Shown here: positions 11,801 to 23,367 of the stretch, piece after piece | How the letters are laid out: the number at the start of each line of letters is the position of its first letter | Position numbering within the stretch: the first letter of the stretch is position 1 | Source of the DNA: Zootoca vivipara | Lineage: Eukaryota | DNA: 64,000 nt | Assembly: GCF_963506605.1 (NCBI RefSeq) | Contig: NC_083283.1 | Span: 67,332,001-67,396,000, forward strand | Direction of reading: 5' to 3' | Program-made: the position numbers and the translations under genes | Notes under the pieces: model-generated | Told to the model about the DNA's origin: nothing | What the model saw: only the letters and a program-made list of their open reading frames with translations | Databases searched by the model: none

Positions 11801-12519
11801 GGACATGCTGGGTTTTTTTTCATGGGTGAAATGGTATTGCATCACGAGCAAATCAAATCTACAGTCTTTGCAATCTAATGAAGAATATCAAAGTGTCCTT
11901 GTAGGTTAACTAAGAATCCACCCATTCAAAACTGTCTAAGGCACCCACAACAGGTTTAATATTATTTCATGTAACATGTGACAGCAAACAGTGTATTTGA
12001 GGGCTTGGCATATTTTACTATGGGAGAATAACAGTGTGAAGGTGACAAAGGGAAGATTTTGATACTATAATTATGCAAATTTTAGAACTGGGGCCCTAGT
12101 CATGAGAATTACAGTTTACCTAGGAACACACTGGTTCACCTTATTTAAATAACTTCTGCACCACTTCTACTTTGGGCAAGTGGGAAGGATACAGACACCC
12201 ATGTTTGCCTAGCAGTACGTGTGAACTAGTGCTCATGGGTTGTTTCCTTTACAGATAAACCATGACAGAAAAAGCCAAGGTTTTGTTCTTGGCTTCCTCT
12301 TGTGAACTGTTTCAAGTAAAACTAACAATGAGTGCTGGAACACAGCAGACACAATTTAAGCAGCATAAGCAAGCACTCTGGGGTGTATGGGGTTTTAGAG
12401 GAGGAGGAATTTTTATCAAACAACACACATACAAAAAGAAATAAAAATAAAACTTCTCCAGAACAAAGTGCCTAGATATTGCAGACATGATGGAGTGCAT
12501 GTGGTGTTAGAGGAGGGTT

Positions 12520-13752
12520 AGTGCCTCTGGTGGAGGACATGTTGTGCTCCTTCTGGAGTAGTTTTTCCACCTTTGGTCCTCTCACCCTGCACTCAGCTCC
12601 CACCTGTGGCTCCTAGAAGCTGGTAGCTTGTAGCAGGAGCCACATCCTGGGAATGGCCAGCTAAACCAGGTTGGGGTAGGTCTTAAACCCTCAGTGAATT
12701 GGGGGCTTGTCTATCCCCTGCATGTGAAGACAGGCTCTGGCAGATTGAGCAGACAAGATCAACAGTGGGTCCAAAGGACAGGAAGGCAGTCACTGCATGT
12801 GCTGTGGAGGGAAATGAGGGGCAGATGGGGCTCATTGACCTGGGAAGGTAGCCCACCTAGGAAAAAGAAAACTGAGCTTAAACCTGCACTGCCTTGCAGT
12901 GATACTCATTCATGAGAAAGTCTTCAGGGGTAAAACCTGAGGAATAATCCATATTCACTGCCTTGTGGGACATATTTGGGAGAAGAAAAGGCCAAGGAGT
13001 AATTGCTATACAAATCTGGAGTCCCTAACTCGTTTGGATGGTGCCTTGCATGCCCCCTTCCAGCAACTCCTGCACCAAGGCTGGCACCAAATGTATTGCT
13101 TTGCTTTCCTTTGGACCAAATCAGTGAGACCGAGAGAGGGGTCATGTTGCCTGGGCAGCCCAGGACTTCTATATACACTGCCAAGGCTTGTGTCCCGGAG
13201 AAGTCACTTTGGTGCTGCAAATGCAGCAAAAACAATGAGGGAGGCAGCAGTTATGAGTTATAAGCTCAACCTGATTGGCAGAAGGTACGAGACCTATGGG
13301 CTGCCTTAGTTGGTGGGAGAGATCATCGTGTGTCACTGGTCAGCTACTGCCTTCCTTAAACCAGGCAGCCTATGGTCAATAAAGTGCCAATCTGCTACTA
13401 GGTCTGTTGGCAGACCAAGATGTCTGTAAACGTGACATGAAGGTTGGCAACACAAACCCTGTTGTATGGGATTCCCTTGCATATGATAGCAGGGTCCAGA
13501 GACGGACGATCAGGTCATGTACCCGGAGCAGTGACCAGAGGAGGAATTAGTGCAGAGAGAAGAAAAGCCATGGTGCACCTGTAGCTGCAAAACCAGATGC
13601 CTTCATCCGTCCCACCTGCAATTAAAGTATGTGCCTCCCATATTGGACTCCAAAGCCACAGCAGGCACTACAACCTTCCAACAGTTTGACTTCACTGCCA
13701 AAGGCATACTCTTCCACTGTCTCCTGAGACAGACAGATGCTAACAACAACAA
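12520..13752 (+). mobile_element. Internally deleted RTE-clade LINE (5' UTR-like part joined to ORF 3' end)
   Basis: ~13420-13670 gives decayed DVCKRDMK...WDSLAYD and a C-terminal FIxPTCN...SHIGLQSHSRH zinc-finger motif. It ends GAGACAGACAGATGC-(AAC)n. No RT core is visible; the 5' boundary is approximate. Confidence 0.6.
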
Positions 13753-14224
13753 ACAAGCACTCGGCTTGATCATGCTAAGCCATATGGCTTACTGTTACAT
13801 GCAGATGGGGCCAGTGACATCATGTGGAAGTTATTTCAATGAGTCCTCTCCTGGTGTCTGTTTTTCTATCATTCCATCCCAGCCAAGAAGCTTTTACTTC
13901 TTTCTTGATTATGGCACTTGCTGATCTTGTGAGTTTAAGCACTCTATTGGCAGTACAAACAACGGCATGACTGCATATTTTTCCTCCTTCAATGACATTC
14001 AGTTCTACATTACCACCCTCTCGTAGTGGGCCATACCCTTGCCCTATTTCCCTTAGATGCTAGAGGACAGTTCCGAGATAGGTAAGGTTACCTTGGGAAG
14101 TGATAAAGAGTTGCTTACATTTTGCAAAATAAGTGGTTCAGGACTTGGCAAATATATCCCCCTTTAGGAAGAAGTACCTATTTCCTTTTGTAGTATGTAC
14201 AGTAGGTATCATATCATCTTTATA

Positions 14225-14390
14225 CTGGTGTTGGTGTGGCCACATTTGGAATATTGCATACATTTCTTGTTTATCATAATGCTGGGAAATGATACAGAAA
14301 AGAGGCAGCCGAAATGATAAAGGGGTTGGAGTAGCTCCTCTAGGAGGAACTTCAAAAACATTTCAGTTTTTTAGGTTAGGAAATAAGAAA
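14225..14390 (+). mobile_element. Old CR1 LINE ORF2 fragment
   Basis: Decayed 'LVWPHLEYCI(Q)F...LEMIQKRxxxMIKGLE' type coding relic. Confidence 0.55.
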
Positions 14391-14400
14391 CTGCTTTATA

Positions 14401-14403
<3 letters not shown>

Positions 14404-14471
<68 letters not shown>
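14404..14471. repeat. (CT)n microsatellite
   Basis: Direct reading of the sequence. Confidence 0.97.
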
Positions 14472-14477
<6 letters not shown>

Positions 14478-14569
14478 AGAACACTTACATATTATTACAA
14501 CATAATCACATGCATTGTTAAGTAAATATTATTACAGCACAACTGTATTCATTGTGAACTACTGCAAAT

Positions 14570-16030
14570 ATTTATAGCCTGCTTTTCTGTTGAAACAACA
14601 TCCAAAGTGGCTTATGAACAAGTCTATAAAACGGCAGCAACAAGGGCAATAAGTACTGTACACAAAAACCCGAATGGAAGAGAAGTAAAGTTCAAATTAA
14701 ATCAAAATCAACACAATAATAGAAATTATAAAAAGGCAAGCAAGCAAAAAAGGCAAACAAAACACTAAAGGTCTTGGTGAACAGAAAGGGCACCTCAGTA
14801 GCATAGCTGCCAACTTTTCCCTTTTCTCGCGAGGAAGCCTATTCAGCATAAGGGAAAATCCCTTAAAATAAGGGATAACTTGGCAGCTATGCTCAGTAGA
14901 TTATTTTCTAAAAGACAGAAGAGTTGGAATTCCTTTTACTTCTCGTGGAAGCCCATTCTTCAAATGAAATGCCACCCCCAAAAAGCCATTCATACAGTTG
15001 CTACCCACTTAACCTCATTTTATAGGAGTAACTAAAGGAGGAACTCTAATGCAGGTCTTAAGTTTCAGGCAGGTTCATATGGGAGAAGATGGTCTATTAA
15101 GTATCCTTGCCTCAAGTAAATTAGGGGTTTAAAGGTTAAACTAGCACATTGAATTGAGTCTGGAAGTGCAGTAGAGGCAAGATCACATTTTTAAAGATGG
15201 GTGCTGTTTGGTTACCGGTAGATCTATCCAGGAGAGACTGCAACTGGAAACCCAGCCTAAGCCAATGGATGGCCATCCATGCTACAGACACCATCTGGCC
15301 ATCCAAGTAGCACCCTCAAATAAGAAGCTTATTCCTTAAGGAACCCACCAAATTCCTTAAGCCCTGTGCAGAATTAGTAACACCACCTCCCAAAAACACT
15401 GAACTGTTAAACAGCAGCATCTCTGTTTTGCATGGTAAGATTTGTGTATTATTAGCCTTCCTCCAGTCAAAGTACATGTTCAACACAATAGGATCCCACC
15501 TGATTCTGAGGTAAAGGAGAAATACAGCTGGTTGTCATCAACATAGACACCTCAGCCCAGAACTATGGACACCTTCTCTCATCTCCCATTTCATGCAGAT
15601 ATTGGATAGCAGAGGCGACAGCATAGAACCTGCTCAACACAATAGCAAAATCCAAAATAATGTCTGCCATCCCACCTTCTACCACCTATCAATCAGGTAG
15701 GGATCCAACTACCATAAAACTGTGCCCTCTACCTGCTTCCTGGACAGGTGATCCAGAAGGGTACCATAGCCAAACAGAATTTACAACTACTGACAGAGCC
15801 AAGACCACCAACATCACTTCCTGATGATTCTCAGGTGATTCACTGAGCAGACAATAAAACCAGACTGAAATGGGTCCAGATAATCAGTTTCATGCAGAGG
15901 TTATGGAGTTGTGTCGTAGCCATTCAAATACACTGGTCCAATTTGAGATAGGTTGTTAGCTGTTATAACCATCTAGGTCCAAATCAGGCTCTATAAGGAG
16001 TACGGACACGATCCCTCCTTATAAATGATG
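14570..16030 (-). mobile_element. Old L2 LINE fragment (decayed RT/3' region)
   Basis: Degenerate similarity to the younger L2 at 34.4-35.4 kb (e.g. GGGTTTAAAGGTTAAACTAGCACATTGAATTG). A YxDDxQLY-like relic (AAATACAGCTGGTTGTCATCAACATA) lies at ~15520-15545. Confidence 0.6.
14802..14891. mobile_element. 90-bp hAT MITE nested in old L2
   Basis: TIR CATAGCTGCCAA/TTGGCAGCTATG; 8-bp TSD CTCAGTAG at 14794-14801 and 14892-14899. Confidence 0.9.
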
Positions 16031-16074
16031 GTGTTCTCTCTGCGAAATAACTTCAATATGTTTTATGGGAAGCA

Positions 16075-16265
16075 CACTGGCAGAGGAAGAGGGGCGCAGG
16101 GGGAGCGCACTGCCCCCAGTGGGGTGCCCTTGTGGCTGCTCCCTCCCCCACGCTGGGCAGCACACCACACCCCTCCAGGTGGTGTGCCACACCCCAGGAA
16201 GCATGCCAACCACGCCCCCACCTGCTCTCCGCCCCACGGTGCCAGAGCATTAAGCTCCGCCACTG
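16075..16265. mobile_element. GC-rich hAT-like non-autonomous element
   Basis: Degenerate TIRs CACTGGCAGAG...CTCCGCCACTG around a GC-rich interior. Confidence 0.5.
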
Positions 16266-17388
16266 GGGAAGCACTTCATAAATGGAATCAAATAAATAAA
16301 TAAATAAATGATCAGTCCTGCTCATAATGAGGCAATAATTACCTCTTAAACTCAGCTGGCTCTCTCTCTCTTCAATTACATGAGATCAATTAAGAAGGAA
16401 AGAGTCATGTGGACAAGTGGTAGGAATGTAGCTACATCCCAGGAATGTAGCAATAAATTCTGAACAAGCATGTCAATCCCTGTAGCAATGCCCCTTTCTA
16501 AGAACATAAAACAAAAATGCATTTAGACCAATGCATACCTTACAGCTTCATTACCAAGCTACCTTTTTCTCACACCTCTCCTCCTGCTTTCCTGTAACAT
16601 CCAGCCTGATGAAAAATTTCGGTTTTCTCACTATTGTGTAACATTTTGGGTTGGTCATAATAAAAGGACTTTGGTTTTCTTCAGGACCTATAGCAATTGC
16701 ATACTGATGCAATTAGCCTCTTCCTTTGTTGAGCTTATTTGGTGGGTTCCTCTGTAAGAATTCAGAGGAATGCAGAGGACTGGCAAATAGCACTCTAAGA
16801 GATGGCATCATTGTCCCTGCTGTGAACTAAGTGTCCCTTCCTGTCCCTGCTCTACTGCACCACTGCTGTATGTCCCGAGCAATTTGTCCACATCCTCAGA
16901 CTACTATAACTGAAGCTCATCTCTGAAACCCCTCCTTCATCCAAGCACGCTGCAATATAGAGACCTACAAGGACCAAGTCTTCCTTTTCACTATCATTTG
17001 CAATTCCACAAGGACACTTTGTTTGACATTTCTATCAAATCTATTTGCATACCGGATGGGAAATAATGAAATGAAACTCAAACAGCTATGAGGAAAATAA
17101 TCTGAAGAGAGAAATAGATCACATTAATTAAACTATTAAAATTTGATCCTAACCACATTCTCTTTTATGTCAACACACATAAAATTTAGGTACGCTCTTA
17201 AGGTGCTTTAATATAACACTTGGATATTAAGCTCTATTATAACATTACATGCTTTTTATCTAACTATAAATCTACACTGTTGCCTTAATTTATGGTTACA
17301 AAATATACAATATATGTATTGTATAATCTATTGGGAGAATTCTTTTTCCCGGCAGGGAAGTAAAAAAAAATAAAAAATTAAAACAGTA

Positions 17389-17633
17389 AAGTGGTACCTC
17401 GGGTTACAAATGCTTCAGGTTACAAACGCTTCAGGTTACAAACTCCACTAACACAGAAATACGTAGTACCTCAAGCTAAGAATTTTGCTTCAGGATGAGA
17501 ACTGAAATTGTGTTCTGGTGGCGCGGCGGCAGCAGGAGGCCCCATTAGCTAAAGTGGTGCTTCAGGTTAAGAACATTTCAGGTTAAGAACAGACCTCTGG
17601 AACAAATTAAGTTCTTAACCAGAGGTACCACAG
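17389..17633. mobile_element. Tigger/pogo-like MITE
   Basis: TA|AAGTGGTACCTCGGGTTA...AACCAGAGGTACCACAG|TA; reverse-orientation relative of 32386-32611. Confidence 0.8.
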
Positions 17634-18458
17634 TAGTTAAAAATGGCTATTGGTTTAAGCTAATAAGAGAGTAGTCCTATGGATATGTAGTCAGACATGT
17701 CCCACTGAATTCAGTGAGTCTTACTCTGTTAATTGTGTATAGGGCTGCAGCCTCAAGTACTTTAAAAGATGGATTTCCCCTCTAATAAGGGTCAAATCCT
17801 ATGGCCACTTACCTAGGACTAAGGTTGTAAACCTATACAGCATTACCTGGGAATAAGTCTCATGAAACTAACTGAGACTTGTGGGATAACCAGCCTCATA
17901 TAACCAACATGCTTACTGTAAGTCTAATTAATGCATGAAGAGGTTAATACCACAGAGTAAGCTGCCCAGCCAGGCTTAGCTATGTCCACTTCACTTTGGA
18001 GGAACTAAGTAATCAAGCCTTTGTTCTCCTCAGTCTACCTGAGAAGCTTAGCATGTGAAGAGGTTTGAGCTGGTTGCTTCAGCTCAACTGCATGGCTCTC
18101 ACAAGCCAAAATTGTGTTCCTATACCAATAATATTGAAACTTTCACCACTTTGTAACTAAATTAAGTTTTACCGCCTGTGCAACTTTTCTGAAGCACATG
18201 AACCTGACCTTTGAGGAGTTTGTAAGCAAACCATTTTTTAAACTTACCAATTGTGTGGTCTTTTTCTTATGCAGGGGGAAGAAGGGAATTTGGAAGGAAA
18301 CTTTTTAAGGGACATTGTATTATAACTGAGAAAAGAATTGTCCAGTATGAACATCATCTATTGGTTCATTACTTCTAAGGAGGATTGGAAATTTCTCAGG
18401 AAAACTAAATTTTGGCTAGGGTGTTGGTAATTACCGTAATGGCTTTTAACCAGCTTTT

Positions 18459-18815
18459 GGGACGGGGGTGGCGCTGTGGGTTAAACCACAGAGCCTAGGG
18501 CTTGCCGATCAGAAGGTTGGTGGTTCAAATCGCCGCGACGGGATGAGCTCCCGTTGCTCGGTCCTTGCTCCTGCCAACCTAGCAGTTCGAAAGCACGGCA
18601 AAGTGCAAGTAGATAAATAGGTATCGCTCTGGCGGGAAGGTAAATGGCGCTTCTGTGTGCTGCTCTGGTTCACCAGAAGTGGCTTTGTCATGCTGGCCAC
18701 ATGACTGGGAAGCTGTGCGCCGGCTCCCTCAGCCAATAAAGTGAGATGAGTGCCGCAACCCCAGAGTCGGTCACGACTGGACCTAATGGTCAGGGGTCCC
18801 TTTACCTTTACCTTT
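18459..18815 (+). mobile_element. Sauria SINE, full length, followed by captured flank
   Basis: GGGACGGGGGTGGCGCTGTGG head, B-box-like GGTTCAAATCG, (ACCTTT)n tail. TSD TAACCAGCTTTT at 18447-18458, recurring at 18912-18923 and 18927-18938. Confidence 0.93.
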
Positions 18816-18912
18816 ATCCCTTTAAAAATCCATTGCCTTCCCTGTGGAACCAACTGCCATAATAGTTACCAACAGTTATAAGGTTGAAGCGGACCTCTGC
18901 TTCAGAGTATCT
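18816..18912 (+). repeat. 97-bp dispersed duplicate of 37740-37836
   Basis: 96/97 identical by manual alignment. Confidence 0.95.
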
Positions 18913-20554
18913 AACCAGCTTTTACCTAACCAGCTTTTACTGTTTCCACCAAAAAAAACCCAGGATAATCAAAATTGATCTAATAGACTAATGAAAATAA
19001 ATGTCCAAACCTTATTATGAAATTTGACAATGCTTTATAATTATAGTTTGATTTAGAATACCAAGAGCCTTATCTGAACCTGTACCTCAAAGAAACCGTA
19101 AATGAACTTCTGAAAGAGAAAATGGCTTGTTTGGCAATGCAGTTGAGCATTAAACAAGGAATGGGGATGATTATGGTTAATGGTCATATTAAGCAAATGA
19201 ACAGCATTCAGACAATTCCTTTTCTCTTGGAATGCTATTCCAGCCACTAGCAGCACCTCAGTTGCTAAATGCATGTATTTGCCTTGACCACTTCAAATCC
19301 ACATAATGGAATGTTATTATTATGAAAAAAGAAAGAACTGCAATACACAATAAAGGTAGCACGTCAGGAAGATGGCTAGGCTAGAATCCTTCTTCCCGAT
19401 ATCCAGTTTTCGCTGACCGTGATTTACTTTTGATTTTTAATTCAGAGACAGTGTTCATTCATGTGAACCCACACTGGCAGTCTGAACTGGTACAGCTCAG
19501 ACACAGATTTATGACCTCATATGCTATTTGTGAGAACAAGGCCTCAGTGAGGATAATGAATCAAATAAAAATTCCGCCCCCCCCCTTCAGGGCTCCAATT
19601 GGAGGTCAGGAGCTCCCAGATCATGCACATACTGAGAAAGTTCATGTGCTTGGCAAAGTGTCCAAGGGCTATGTGCTACTTTGTAGTGGATTGTTGACGC
19701 TCAACTATAAAATACACACAAAACTGGCATATGTTAGGTAACTAAGGTATATGTATGTAAAATCTCTGGCTTTCCATTATTTTTTTTCCCTAGCTGGATG
19801 AAAAGATCTCTTCCCTTAGGTGTTAATTTTTTATTGTTTTTAAACCCATTTCCAGTTGTTTTGTACTTTTTTAATTTTTAATTGGTTTCATGATATGACT
19901 GGATATCACCTTCAAACATGCAAAAGGAGATTCATAATGAACAGTATGAACAGACAGAGAATTTTGTTGCACACATATTAAAGGGGATTTCTGCCCATCA
20001 AATCTGACATGATATGCACTTTGTGCTTGTTTATTGACTAACAAGTAATATATATATATAGGAGTACAAGAATGGAAGATGCAGAAGTTAAATACACAGA
20101 TTTAACACAGATTTAACACAGAAAATGGAAGTTTGAAAGCAAACTCTGTGAAGAAAAAAATTGTACTGAAAAGAACAGAGACACTGGGAACACTGGTGTT
20201 TTGTTGGGGCAACTAAAATCAAACTTTGAAGACAGCAGACAGGAATATATGAAGCTGCTTTATGCTGATCCAGATGTTTACTGATCTAGCTCAGTAAACC
20301 AGCATTGCCTACACTGGTGGGAAGCAGGACTCTGGGGTTTCAGGTGGAGGCTTACCTGGAGACGCTGAGACCTTTTGCATGCAATATATGTGGCTTCATC
20401 ACTGAGACATGTACCTTTCCTGGGCAGACGTAGATAAACTGCTTTGATTTTGATTTTTTACATTCACGTGGTATATAATTTTTTAATGAAATAAATATGA
20501 ATAGAAAGCTGTGGTATTATTTGGAAAAGTTCCAAACAATTCTTTACTGTAAAC

Positions 20555-20681
20555 CAGGCATGGCCAAACTTGGCCTTCCAGCTGTTTTTGGGACTACAAC
20601 TCCCATCAGCCCTAGCTGACAGGACCAGTGGTCAGGGACGATGGGAATTGTAGTCCCAAAACAGCTGGAGAGCCATGCCTG
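20555..20681. mobile_element. Palindromic hAT (Charlie/Buster-type) MITE
   Basis: CAGGCATGGC...GCCATGCCTG; 8-bp TSD CTGTAAAC at 20547-20554 and 20682-20689. Confidence 0.9.
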
Positions 20682-21320
20682 CTGTAAACTGTCTTCAAAC
20701 CACTATTGCAACAGTCGCAGACCCATCAAATGCAAAGTATTCTGGGTGCCAAAGAGAATCAACCTATAACATGCAAAAATGTGTTCACTGTTTTAATATC
20801 TCCATGCGCAGGCAGAAACCAGATGATGGCACTTACAAAGCCAAAGATGTTCATGAAGGAAAGCACATATGGAAAACTTAACTACACCACAATCTTTCTG
20901 TCACCAGGTTACGCAATTTTCATTTCCCCAGGGATTGTGTGGCTGTCCTCCGTCCTACTTCAACAGTTTTGTATTGGGGTTGTCTCTCAGTGTTATTTTT
21001 GTTTGAAGGATATTATGCTGATTTCTTATATCATATTTTTATGATTGGACACTGCCCTGGGAATCACAAGAAGAAGGGTGGTCTAGAGTTCTTTTAGGTA
21101 AATAAAAATAAAGATCCACTAAAAGCTATGCAAAGCTAATATTAAGAGGACCAATGCTGAGCAAGGTTGCTAAGTAACAGTAACATAGCTTTCATTGTGA
21201 CACATCATCCAGCTGGGTGACTTGCCACAGGTCTTTGGTGAGAGCAAGTCTTTGAGGGGAGTTCGAAGACAGAGGAAGCAGAGGGAGGAAGACAAGAGTC
21301 AGGGAGTTATTGCATTAGAG

Positions 21321-21989
21321 CAGGGGTTCCCAACAAAATTTTCTCGAGGACCCCTCATCGAGCCACTATTGTGACAAGGACCCCCATTAATTCCTAATCC
21401 TAAAATTAAAAAGAGAGAGCCAAATTAAGAGTCTTTTTATATTTTATATTTATACGTTTTTTACAGTTACAACAGAGTACTCCATCAGTATACAGTTAGT
21501 TTTAATTTTCAGTTCTTAATGCGATGAACCACTTTTTAACCAACGGTCCATTTTTAACTACGCGAACTGTAGCTTCCGCGAAAAACAACGCTTTGTTTAC
21601 AAACACTACTGTTTTGCAAAGAGGCAGTGCGCGCCAGGGAGGAGGGAGGGGAATGGAGAAGACAGGGTACCTGCGCAGTAGCGCACAAATGAAGCCGACG
21701 CGCGCAAAGCATCTTGGGGAGGTGAGCGTTAGTAGAATGCGTGCGCTGCCTCTTTGCAAAACAGTAGTGTTTGTAAAGCGCCACCTAACGGCATACAGCA
21801 GAACTACTGCCTCTATCTAATTCTAGTTTTGCGCTAGACTCTGCTCATGCAGGAAGCGGCCAAAACAAAAAATCTGTTATCATACGAAATATATTTAATA
21901 TATTTTTTATTCTAATAGCATCTTGCGGACCCCTCTGGCATAGCTCGCGGACCCCTGGGGGTCCCCGGACCACCTGTTGGGAACCACTG
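21321..21989. mobile_element. 669-bp non-autonomous hAT element, young
   Basis: TIR CAGGGGTTCCCAACA/TGTTGGGAACCACTG; perfect 8-bp TSD CATTAGAG at 21313-21320 and 21990-21997; CpGs retained. Confidence 0.9.
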
Positions 21990-23367
21990 CATTAGAGAGT
22001 TACTGTGTAACAGAGATATCATTAGTTAGAGTGTCATTTTATTAGTTAGAGACTTATAGTGTTAGAGAGCTGTACTGATTAATAAGACAGGGAAGGAAAG
22101 TGTACAGAAAATCATTGTACCTTTTAAAATGTAGGTAGAATTTCTTAGTGGTTTCTGAATTTTCTATCATTATCCAGGAAGGTTCAGAATCACAGGGGAC
22201 TATCCCTCCCCAGGCTGGATTATTTTCAAAACATTGTTGTCAGGCCAGCTTAAATGCTTCAGGTGATATGGCTTGCCTTTCATTTCAGGGGTACATTCAG
22301 AATGAGGACATATCCAAGTTCTGGAGGATGTTTTGACAAGATGTTATCAGTTCCTCCAGCTTATTTGCTGCGCTCTCTGCAAGTTGCTCATGACAATAAA
22401 TTCATGTCAAGCCTGGAGGTGTCAGCTGCCTTGAGTACAGTGCAGTGATATAGAGCATGGAGACATTACAATCACAGTTTCTCAACTTTTCACTCTGTTG
22501 GGTTGCAAAAGCTTTGGGAACTCTTAACAAAGAGGCATGCCAACGATGAGTCATTTAAAGCATGGAGGATGTGTTTCTTAAGCAAAAATGAGCTTTGCGG
22601 AGATGAAGGAGGAGGCAACCAATGTCAGGCATTGCTGCCAAAAGTGGCCTGGAAGATTGAGCCTCAAATTCATTTCATTTTTGAGCAGCCCAGTGCCCTG
22701 GAGATGGGTAGGGCTTGCTCTGAATTTTCAGGTGAGGAATACTTATCTGTGCTGATGGTGAAATGCTGCGAGGCCAGTCAGAATCCAGCTAATTAGATAA
22801 GAAGGAGGGATATCTCTAATTCAACAAGAATTGGGGGGAGGGCAATGGCATCCTGTTTGAAGAAATGAGATAGTAATGTCTCTTCACTTCTGTCCCTCCC
22901 TGTTGTTTCACAAGCAAGGTCATTTGATTCATCCATTCATTTGCCATTGGAGGTCATGGGCGTAGCTTGTGTGTGTGTGTGTGTTCAGTGGTCAGGTGGT
23001 CAGCAGTCCCCCCCTAAATCAAGTAAATAAATAAAAAATACTTAACTAAAAGTAGAAATAATCAGAATGTTTGAAATTGAAATGCTCACTGATGTCACTT
23101 GGATGATGTTGTGGACATTCTAGTTTTACAACTGGCAACCCAACTGAGCGATAGACGTATCTTCCATGAACTGGCCAATCATTTCACAGGCAACTCAGTT
23201 CTGGATGCTTCTAACAGCTTCTGGCATTTTCTCCTGAGAGCGTACACCTGCAGGGACTATCTAGGAATGATTGGAAGTTTCCCATAGGCTATTTATACTG
23301 CAGAAAGCCCTTGGGCTTCAGTCAATGATATACCGTAGTTCAGCTTATTCAGTTTATTTGCAAAATA

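Noticed and set aside
18509-18853. Recurring similar ORFs (also 26063, 37511, 50811, 62725) suggesting a gene family
   Set aside because: All are antisense readings of Sauria SINE copies.
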